Part shown: positions 48,000-55,284 of the stretch, in pieces
Layout of the letters: every line of letters begins with the position of its first letter
Position numbering within the stretch: the first letter of the stretch is position 1
Assembly: GCA_031257555.1 (NCBI GenBank)
Contig: JAIROK010000131.1
Location: 1-55,284 of the forward strand
Direction of reading: 5' to 3'
DNA: 55,284 nt
Origin: Campylobacteraceae bacterium
GTDB taxonomy: Bacteria; Campylobacterota; Campylobacteria; Campylobacterales; Campylobacteraceae
Notes under the pieces: model-generated
The model's database searches: none
What the model was told of the DNA's origin: nothing
Seen by the model: only the letters and a program-made list of their open reading frames with translations
Position numbers and translations under genes: made by a program

Positions 48000-48918
48000 T
48001 AATTTTCTCCTGTATAAAAAACTTTTGCAACTGTTGTTTAAAATCATCATAAAGCGGTGCGATAAAACCCATCTTTTCACCACTTCTTGGGTGAGTCAAA
48101 TACAAATAATAAGCATGTAGCATTACTCTGTTAATTTTAGCTTTTTGGCTCTTAAAACCGTATAAATTATCTCCTAAAATATGCCGTCCAAGCACATTTA
48201 AATGCACCCTTATTTGGTGCGTTCTGCCGGAATACAGCTTAGCTCCTATAAGCTCAACGCCCTCCTCGTCGCATGTCAGCAGTTTGCAAAATGCGCTTTT
48301 GGCATCTCTTCCATCTTGAACAACAGCCATCTTCAAGCGGTTTTTAGGATTTCTGGCTATCGGCTTATCAACTATAGTATCATCTTTTAAAGGATAATCA
48401 ATCAAGGCAAGATAGTAACGCCCCAAAGTTCTATTTTCAAGCTGTTTGGCTAAAGATGCATGCGAAGCATTATTCTTAGCGATAATGAGCGCTCCGCTTG
48501 TCTCTTTGTCTATTCTATGCACTATACCGCTACGTTCCTCGCCGCTTAAAGTGGACAAAGAGATATTTTTGGCTTTCAGCCAATCAACCAAAGTAGGTTC
48601 TTTAACGCTCGGGGCTGGATGGACTGTAAGATGCGGCGGTTTATTTATTATCAAAATATCTTCATCTTCAAATACGACAGGCACATCAAAATCAATATCG
48701 ACATTGCTGCTTTGCATCTCTTTTATTATCTCATTTACATGCAAAAACTGCCCTTTTTTAAGTTTAACTCCAGCTTTCATAATGACTTTATTATCGACAC
48801 TGACCAATCCCTTTTTGATAAGTTCCGTAACTTGATTGCGTGAAACTTGAAACTTATCCGTCAAAAAATGATCTAACCTTATATCATCACTATCACAAAT
48901 AAAAGTTTTTACAGGCAC
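47947..48918 (-). CDS. rluD: RluA/RluD-family 23S rRNA pseudouridine synthase
   Basis: 323 aa with an N-terminal S4 domain (RLDHFL...SRNQV) and the catalytic motif HRIDKETSG. Confidence 0.9.
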   Translation of the reverse strand: MPVKTFICDSDDIRLDHFLTDKFQVSRNQVTELIKKGLVSVDNKVIMKAGVKLKKGQFLHVNEIIKEMQSSNVDIDFDVPVVFEDEDILIINKPPHLTVHPAPSVKEPTLVDWLKAKNISLSTLSGEERSGIVHRIDKETSGALIIAKNNASHASLAKQLENRTLGRYYLALIDYPLKDDTIVDKPIARNPKNRLKMAVVQDGRDAKSAFCKLLTCDEEGVELIGAKLYSGRTHQIRVHLNVLGRHILGDNLYGFKSQKAKINRVMLHAYYLYLTHPRSGEKMGFIAPLYDDFKQQLQKFFIQEKINETICVDNLNMRFDFFN

Positions 48919-48950
48919 ATTTATCCTTTATTGATTTACTTTCTGTTATA

Positions 48951-50114
48951 ATGAAAAAAATCATTATAACGGATGTAAAATTGTTCCAAATAGACAGGCG
49001 TATTATAACCCATTTTGATTTCTTGCTTCCTATATTGGTCACACCGATTATTATATTTTCTTATTATCTCATATCTGAAGCAAATCAAGCATTAGCCGCA
49101 AAACAGTTAATATACTTTGCAGTAGGATTTTTCGCATTTTTATTTTTTTTCCTTCTGCCGATAAGAAAACTTGAATGGCTTATACCCGCTTTTTATTGGA
49201 TAGGCATAGTATTGCTTGCGAGTGTTTTTGTATTTGGTGTTCAAAAACTTGGGGCTCAAAGGTGGATTGAGATACCTTTTGTGCACTTTACCATTCAACC
49301 CTCAGAGTTTTTCAAACCGTTATTTTTACTTATGATTTGTTATCTTGTCAAACAAAATCCACCTCCGCCCACAGGCTATGGATTAAAAATGTTTGCAACA
49401 ATCAGCATTCACATACTCATACCTTTTGCACTCATACTCATAGAACCGGATCTTGGAACAGCTCTTGTACTGCTCATTATCGGATATGGGGTGCTTTTTC
49501 TTGTAGGAGTAGATAAAAAAATATGGCTAGTCATAGCTCTTGTTGTTCCCATCACTGCTATTATGTCATATAATTATATTTTGCATGATTACCAAAAAAA
49601 GAGAATTGAAACTTTTTTGGACAGCACAGAAAATTGCGAAAATTGTCATCAGGTAAGACAATCCATAATAGCCATAGGTTCAGGCGGACTTACCGGCAAA
49701 AACAAAGATGAAGCTACACAAACAAAATTAAAGTTTCTGCCTATTTCAACAAGCGATTTTATATTCGCTTACGCAGTTGAAAGGCAAGGATTTTTTGGCG
49801 GTCTTGCTCTTTTACTGGCATATGCGCTGTTGATTTTGCATCTAATGACAATTTTTGCAAGACACAAAAAAGATTATTTTACGCAGATTATGGCTGCAGG
49901 AATGGCTCTTTTGCTGTTTGTATATACGGGAGTTAATATAGCTATGACTGTAGGATTTGCCCCTGTTGTTGGCATTCCGTTGCCATTTTTTAGTTATGGA
50001 GGGAGCAGCTTTATAACCTTTATGATATTTTTTGGAATTTTTGAAAATCTTATGGCTTTTCGTTTTGACCCAATGCATAAATCGATAAAATATTCAGCCA
50101 ATAGAACCAAATAA
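48951..50114 (+). CDS. mrdB: SEDS-family peptidoglycan glycosyltransferase RodA
   Basis: 387 aa with about 10 TM helices and conserved QPSEFFK, EPDLGTA, LPISTSDFIFA and GIPLPFFSYGGSS motifs. Confidence 0.9.
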   Translation: MKKIIITDVKLFQIDRRIITHFDFLLPILVTPIIIFSYYLISEANQALAAKQLIYFAVGFFAFLFFFLLPIRKLEWLIPAFYWIGIVLLASVFVFGVQKLGAQRWIEIPFVHFTIQPSEFFKPLFLLMICYLVKQNPPPPTGYGLKMFATISIHILIPFALILIEPDLGTALVLLIIGYGVLFLVGVDKKIWLVIALVVPITAIMSYNYILHDYQKKRIETFLDSTENCENCHQVRQSIIAIGSGGLTGKNKDEATQTKLKFLPISTSDFIFAYAVERQGFFGGLALLLAYALLILHLMTIFARHKKDYFTQIMAAGMALLLFVYTGVNIAMTVGFAPVVGIPLPFFSYGGSSFITFMIFFGIFENLMAFRFDPMHKSIKYSANRTK

Positions 50115-50177
50115 ACATTTTTTTAAGGAAAGATGGTTATAATTTCACCCTTGTTTTAAAAAACAGCATTTTTTTGC

Positions 50178-50254
50178 TGGGTCCTTAGCTCAGTTGGTTA
50201 GAGCAACCCGCTCATAACGGGTTGGTCGCAGGTTCGAGTCCTGCAGGACCCACC
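50178..50254 (+). tRNA. tRNA with CAU anticodon (elongator Met or lysidine-modified Ile2)
   Basis: 77-nt cloverleaf read by hand. Acceptor is GGGTCCT/AGGACCC, the D-arm is GCTCAGTTGGTTAGAGC, the anticodon stem-loop is ACCCG-CTCATAA-CGGGT, the T-arm is GCAGG-TTCGAGT-CCTGC, and CCA is encoded. It strongly resembles E. coli ileX. Confidence 0.9.
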
Positions 50255-50814
50255 ACTTATCAAATCCCATTTCATAATATAAACTTTATTGTTATCTTTT
50301 TCATCAACAGCTTTGAAAAACCAAAAAATTTTCAAAATGCTATTTCAAAATCACACCCATGCACTTCACAATTGTGAGGATATCTATTAGGAATTTTAAA
50401 ATCCGATTCAAACAAATCCAAAAAAATTTATCACTGAAATCTCCAAACTCATAAATTAACAAAACAGTAATCAATAAAACCTCTAAAAACGATGTAAGTT
50501 TTGTATTGCAACTTTGACACTTCATTTGAGAAAGGTTCGGTAGAATATATTCATTTATGATTATATTATAATATATATTAGTTATATCAAATCAGGCAAG
50601 TCATGATTTTTTGCGCGAAAAGATTGTTTGAGAAAAATTTTTAAACAGTGTAAATACATAAAATAGCAATTGTTCGGCTTTAACAAATTACAGTAATAGA
50701 ATAATAAATATTTTATAATAAAAAAATTAAAAAATAGTTTTTTATAAACAACAATAATAAACAAATAAGCTTATCTGTAATAAAATAAACTTTTATTTTC
50801 AAAGGAGTCTTCAT

Positions 50815-52407
50815 ATGAAAAAATTACTGTTGCTTGTTTTGGGGCTTTTAATAGTCATTGTCGGTTTTTTTGCTTTTAGTGTGTTTTACTCAAAAAACAA
50901 AGTTGACCTTTTTTTTACTGCAAATGACGGGGTGTTGTATAAAGATAATTTGAGAGGAATCAGATGGGAATTAGGCAACTCTACAAGCAAAATTTTTAAC
51001 GGCAAATACACCACGAAAGTACTACTCTTTGACGAACAAATAGCTGTTTTAGAACATGAAGCAAAATTCGGATTAAAAAATTTTAATATATTCAAAATGG
51101 GTTCTATCAAAACTGAGATAAAATTTGATAAGCCAACATTATCCAGCAGACTACTTTACTATTACCCTTATCAAGATATTGATTCTCAAAACACAAACAG
51201 ACTTAGTGAAATTGAAAGGTTAATTTCTTCATTAAACGATATAAGTTTTTCAAGCGATATAAGATTAAGCGGCATAGATACAAAAATTGACATTAAGGAA
51301 GGCTCAAAAGAGCTTGAAAAAGACGGCGAACTTTTAGCCTTTTCATGGAAAGACATAGATGGAAATTATCTCTTGTCGTTTAAGCGTGACACTATAGAGT
51401 TTAATGCCAACATACCGTATATCTCATCAACATTAAACGGATCAAAAGACAATAACTCACTCATAGTAGAAAATCAAATATACAAAAATTATGCTTCAAA
51501 AAGAAAAACCGGCATCTGGCTTGGAAACTCTTTGATAAAAATCGGCAAAATTTCATTTGCATCAATATCTGCAAAAAATATTTATGATTATGACGAATAT
51601 GAATATGATGATTATGATGAATATTACTCGGATAGTGATGATTATTCAAATGAATCCGATGAATACTACAGTGAACCACTTAAAGAAAATGACGAAAATA
51701 AAACAACCGAAGCAGACAATGATGAAGAAGTAATTGCAGCAGATATTTATAATGGAGAAGAGGAAGTTGAAATCGTCCATACAAATTTTACATTGCTAAA
51801 TATTGATATAACATCAAGTATCAAAGAAGGCTCCGACTCGACTCTATATTCTGACAATAAAATATCTGTGAAAAATTTCGCCTTAAATAACGAACAAGAG
51901 CTTGTAATAGATAACGCTGTTCTTGATATAAGTTTACAAAATATAGATTTGGAAAGTGTAAAAAAGATGGTTGATTCTTTAGAAAATGTTGATTTTGAAG
52001 ATAAAATACAATTAGCGCTTTTTGGAGCTTCACTCGTGGGATATCTACCCAACACTTTAGCCAAACACCCAAAAATCATTCTAAATGAGCTTAGTGCAAA
52101 ATATGCAAATCAAACTCATAAAGCAAACGGTTTTATTCAATATATTGGTGATGGTAATTTGCAATCAATCTATCAAAATATAAAAAATGACATTATTGCA
52201 AAACTTAATATGGATATAGGTTTAAAATCGTTTAATAAAATCTATGGAAGTGTATACTACAATGAAGAAGAGGAGTTAAATTCAAATCTTGAAAAGTTAA
52301 AAGAGTTTGGATTTAAAGTAGAAGACGACAAAATAAAAGGCGATGCGGAATACAAAAATAACTCTTTGATTGTAAATGGAAAAGAAACACTTAGAAATAT
52401 ATTTTAA
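50815..52407 (+). CDS. membrane-anchored hypothetical protein with an acidic Tyr/Asp/Glu-rich insert
   Basis: 530 aa with AAGGAG 7 nt upstream of the ATG, an N-terminal signal-anchor (LLLLVLGLLIVIVGFFAFSVF) and a low-complexity block YDYDEYEYDDYDEYYSDSDDYSNESDEYYSE at aa ~255-290. Possibly DUF945/YdgA-like, but I cannot confirm this. Confidence 0.6.
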   Translation: MKKLLLLVLGLLIVIVGFFAFSVFYSKNKVDLFFTANDGVLYKDNLRGIRWELGNSTSKIFNGKYTTKVLLFDEQIAVLEHEAKFGLKNFNIFKMGSIKTEIKFDKPTLSSRLLYYYPYQDIDSQNTNRLSEIERLISSLNDISFSSDIRLSGIDTKIDIKEGSKELEKDGELLAFSWKDIDGNYLLSFKRDTIEFNANIPYISSTLNGSKDNNSLIVENQIYKNYASKRKTGIWLGNSLIKIGKISFASISAKNIYDYDEYEYDDYDEYYSDSDDYSNESDEYYSEPLKENDENKTTEADNDEEVIAADIYNGEEEVEIVHTNFTLLNIDITSSIKEGSDSTLYSDNKISVKNFALNNEQELVIDNAVLDISLQNIDLESVKKMVDSLENVDFEDKIQLALFGASLVGYLPNTLAKHPKIILNELSAKYANQTHKANGFIQYIGDGNLQSIYQNIKNDIIAKLNMDIGLKSFNKIYGSVYYNEEEELNSNLEKLKEFGFKVEDDKIKGDAEYKNNSLIVNGKETLRNIF

Positions 52408-52410
52408 ATC

Positions 52411-52436
52411 TTGCACAGGTCAATTGACCTGTGCAA
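52411..52436. terminator. perfect 26-nt palindrome 4 nt after the stop codon (probable terminator hairpin)
   Basis: ttgcacaggtcaa|ttgacctgtgcaa is a 13+13 nt perfect inverted repeat. It is followed by an A-run rather than a T-run, so intrinsic-terminator function on the plus strand is uncertain. Confidence 0.45.
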
Positions 52437-52616
52437 AAAATTTGACATTATAAAATATACAAAATTGTATTTATTCTGCATATTTTTTTAAAAAATATGT
52501 AAAATTGTTGATTTTTTTACTATAAATTGACAATTTCTAATGAAAACAATAGCTAATTCATACTACAATGTCAAAATACTTTTATTTTAAAAAAATTCCA
52601 TAACAGGGTTGAAGTT

Positions 52617-53987
52617 TTGAGTATTTTAGGTATAGGCAACAAAAGTTCTACTAAAAAAATTGGCACTTTTATAAATGAATTCGTTAAACAAGAATCATTT
52701 GGTGGTATATTATTATTTGTTGCCGCTATTGTTGCTATAGTCGCTGCAAATTCACCCTTTTTATCTCATGCTTATTTTTCATTTTGGGAATTGGAATTTG
52801 GAATATCTATAGGCGATTACAGTTTTATAAGAGATATGCATTTTTGGATAAATGACGGACTTATGGCTCTTTTTTTTCTGATGGTAGGACTTGAAGTAAA
52901 AAGAGAGCTCTTAGTCGGAGAGCTTTCGAGTTTTCAAAAAGCTATTTCTCCTATTTTTGCTTCTATAGGCGGCATGCTTTTCCCTATAATTATTTTTTTA
53001 TACTGTACGTGGGGAAGCGGAAGCGAACGCGGATTTGCGATACCTATGGGAACCGATACTGCATTTGCACTTGGTGTATTATTGCTTCTTGGAAGCAGAA
53101 TTCCAATCAAACTGAAAGTATTTTTGGTAACTTTGGCAATTGCTGATGATATAGGCTCTATATTGGTTATCGCAGTATTTTATACCAATACAATCTCTTA
53201 TTTTTATTTAACACTCGCCATGTTAATGGCATCTGTTTTATTTTTATTCAATAGATCTGGCGTTAAAACTCTTATGGTTTATCTTTTTGGCGGCATAATA
53301 TTGTGGTATTTTTTTTACAAAAGCGGTATACATGCAACAATATCAGGTATTGTTTTAGCATTTTGTATACCGATTCGCTCAAAAATAAACAGTACCGGAT
53401 TTTTAGAACATTTGCGCTTGGCTGTAAATGTATTTTACTCTAGTGCACAAAAACAAGAAACCCAGCAAGTACTTTTAAATGCAAAACAAAACAATGCGCT
53501 GGAAATCATAGCAAAAGCTTATGATGAAGTTCAAAGTCCTCTTGTAAGACTTGAGCACTACTTGCACCCATTGAGCGCATATTTTATCATGCCTATCTTT
53601 GCTCTTGCAAATGCAGGTGTAAAAATAGAACAAGGCTTTGAATTTAACGAAATCTTTTGGGGAATAGCTTTGGGGCTTTTTATCGGAAAACCATTGGGTA
53701 TATTCGTTTTTACATTTATTTTGGATTTTTTTGGAATATCCAGAAAACCAAGCAATCTCACATGGGCACAGATATTTGGTATAGGACTTGTAGCAAGTAT
53801 TGGTTTTACAATGTCGATACTTATATCAAATCTTGCATACAAAGAGTCTGGAGCAGACCAAGCTACATTGTCTGTACTTCTCGCTTCACTTGTGGCTACC
53901 GTAGTATCATTTCTCTTTTTCTTTATCTTTTCGCCCAAAGAGAATATAGCAACAACATCAGTTGCACCGACAAAAGAGATTGTGTAG
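52617..53987 (+). CDS. nhaA: Na+/H+ antiporter NhaA
   Basis: 456 aa with ESFGGILLF, FWINDGLMALFF and LAIADDIGSILVIAVFYT, conserved NhaA motifs including the DD pair. The TTG start at 52617 is uncertain. Confidence 0.88.
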   Translation: MSILGIGNKSSTKKIGTFINEFVKQESFGGILLFVAAIVAIVAANSPFLSHAYFSFWELEFGISIGDYSFIRDMHFWINDGLMALFFLMVGLEVKRELLVGELSSFQKAISPIFASIGGMLFPIIIFLYCTWGSGSERGFAIPMGTDTAFALGVLLLLGSRIPIKLKVFLVTLAIADDIGSILVIAVFYTNTISYFYLTLAMLMASVLFLFNRSGVKTLMVYLFGGIILWYFFYKSGIHATISGIVLAFCIPIRSKINSTGFLEHLRLAVNVFYSSAQKQETQQVLLNAKQNNALEIIAKAYDEVQSPLVRLEHYLHPLSAYFIMPIFALANAGVKIEQGFEFNEIFWGIALGLFIGKPLGIFVFTFILDFFGISRKPSNLTWAQIFGIGLVASIGFTMSILISNLAYKESGADQATLSVLLASLVATVVSFLFFFIFSPKENIATTSVAPTKEIV

Positions 53988-54070
53988 TATTTTCTAAAAT
54001 GCAAGATAATTAATCAGAATTTATATTCTAAAATTATAAAATATATATATTTTAACTCCAAGGAAATAAT

Positions 54071-55284
54071 ATGTCTGATTTCACTCCGGCACTAAACTAC
54101 TTTAATTATCAGTTACTCATTAAACAGTTGCTTTTTACGCCTATAACCAACAATCCAAATCAAGAGATAATTTATAAAAACAATTTTCATATGACTTACG
54201 CCGAGTTTCGCAAACGTGTCTGCAAACTTGCCAATGTTCTTACAAAGCTTGGTGTCAAAAAAGGTGACACGGTAGCCATTATGGATTATGATTCGCATAG
54301 GTATTTGGAGTGTTATTTTGCCATACCTATGATTGGCGCGGTCATGCATATGGTAAATATAAGACTAAGTCCAGAACAGATACTCTACACAATCGACCAC
54401 GCGCAAGATGATGTTTTACTCATACATCATGATTTTATACCCATACTTGAACAAATAAGAGGCAGAGTAGATACTATCGGTAACTACATTTTGATAGCTG
54501 ACGGCAATGAATCAACACAAAGCATAATCCCTTTCGTAGGTGAGTATGAACAGTTGTCGGAAGAAGCAGACGATAAATTTGATTTTCCGGATTTTGATGA
54601 AAACACACGCGCAACTACATTTTACACGACAGGCACCACAGGAATGCCAAAAGGCGTATATTTTACTCATCGCCAATTGGTACTTCATACTATGGGCACA
54701 TTGCTTAGTCTCTCTTCTTACGCCGAACATGCCAATTTTAATCAAAGCGATGTATACATGCCTATAACTCCAATGTTTCACGTGCATGCATGGGGTATTC
54801 CTTATGTGGCTACATTTATGGGTGTAAAACAGGTGTACCCAGGTAAATACATACCTGATGTTTTGCTTGATTTGATACAAAAAGAGGGAGTAACATTTTC
54901 ACATTGTGTGCCGACAATACTCCATATGTTATTAAATTCTCACAAAATAGACGAGGTTGATTTGAGCAGATGGAAAGTTATAATAGGCGGCGCTTCTTTG
55001 TCTCCGGCTCTTGCAATAGCTGGATTAAACAAAGGAATAGATATATTTTCAGGGTATGGAATGAGCGAAACTTGCCCGATTTTATCTTTAGCAAGATTAG
55101 ACAAAGAGACGCTTGCAAAAGATTATGAAGAGCAGGCAAAAATCAGAACTAAAACAGGCACCCCCCTTGGTTTGGTAGAGATGAAGATAGTAGATGAAGA
55201 GATGAATGAAATCACGCATGACGGCGAAAGTACGGGCGAAATAATTGTACGCGCACCTTGGCTTACGGCAGGATATCTGAAAGA
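54071..55284 (+). CDS. long/medium-chain fatty-acid--CoA ligase, N-terminal 404 codons (3' end outside the window)
   Basis: This ORF is not in the supplied track because it runs off the end. ATG 54071 is preceded by AAGGA, and the frame stays open to 55284. My translation includes YTTGTTGMPKGVYFTHRQL (AMP-binding motif I) and GYGMSET. Confidence 0.85.
   Translation, partial: MSDFTPALNYFNYQLLIKQLLFTPITNNPNQEIIYKNNFHMTYAEFRKRVCKLANVLTKLGVKKGDTVAIMDYDSHRYLECYFAIPMIGAVMHMVNIRLSPEQILYTIDHAQDDVLLIHHDFIPILEQIRGRVDTIGNYILIADGNESTQSIIPFVGEYEQLSEEADDKFDFPDFDENTRATTFYTTGTTGMPKGVYFTHRQLVLHTMGTLLSLSSYAEHANFNQSDVYMPITPMFHVHAWGIPYVATFMGVKQVYPGKYIPDVLLDLIQKEGVTFSHCVPTILHMLLNSHKIDEVDLSRWKVIIGGASLSPALAIAGLNKGIDIFSGYGMSETCPILSLARLDKETLAKDYEEQAKIRTKTGTPLGLVEMKIVDEEMNEITHDGESTGEIIVRAPWLTAGYLK

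Noticed and set aside
50255-50814. A possible genomic-island integration site downstream of the tRNA, including the 61-aa and 60-aa ORFs at 50340-50525 and 50582-50764.
   Set aside because: I could find no integrase and no repeat of the tRNA 3' end. The small ORFs lack an RBS and have composition-driven sequences.
54113-54880. Minus-strand ORFs 54113-54349 and 54512-54880 and plus-strand ORF 54540-54767 from the track.
   Set aside because: The real gene here is the plus-strand acyl-CoA ligase starting at 54071. The track omits it because it has no stop codon within the window. The listed ORFs are antisense or out-of-frame artefacts.

Overview
This window is 55.3 kb of a low-GC, Campylobacter-type (Campylobacterota) chromosome. 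The identification rests on gene content and order, compared from memory only. The order amiA, NMO-family oxidoreductase, tyrS, spoT, rpoZ, pyrH ... EnvC-like M23 protein, ftsX, ftsE, trmB, FN3 lipoprotein (FlpA-like), rluD, mrdB matches what I recall of C. jejuni Cj1269c-Cj1282.

There are four blocks:
- (i) 1-5.7 kb: the 3' end of ppa, a YbhGFSR-type efflux operon (HlyD adaptor, double ATPase, two ABC-2 permeases) and acpS.
- (ii) 5.7-25.4 kb: a group-2 (kps) capsule locus. A minus-strand biosynthesis region holds wecB, wecC, a 1252-aa multidomain glycosyltransferase, an AsnB-like 914-aa protein, an alpha/beta-hydrolase and a CgeB-like transferase. It is transcribed divergently from a contiguous kpsM-T-E-D-C-S export block.
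- (iii) 25.7-32.6 kb and 42.9-55.3 kb: housekeeping genes, one tRNA(CAU), nhaA and a 3'-truncated acyl-CoA ligase that is missing from the ORF track.
- (iv) 32.8-42.3 kb: an insertion splitting the housekeeping block between pyrH and the envC-like gene.

The core of the insertion (34.1-42.3 kb) is strikingly AT-rich and encodes a self-contained type II FAS/PKS-like pathway. It contains a di-iron carboxylate protein, its own ACP, a divergent ketosynthase, three tandem flavodoxin-fold proteins (one with an Isf-type CX2CX2CX7C motif), a ketoreductase and a hotdog thioesterase. It also contains a 4-TM protein, an AMP-ligase and a FabZ-like protein whose catalytic His is replaced by Tyr, followed by a normal-GC FabF paralogue. 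I consider this the best candidate for an undescribed system. The capsule-modification enzymes are the second-best candidate.

I saw no rRNA, CRISPR array, transposase, integrase or long homopolymeric G/C tract.
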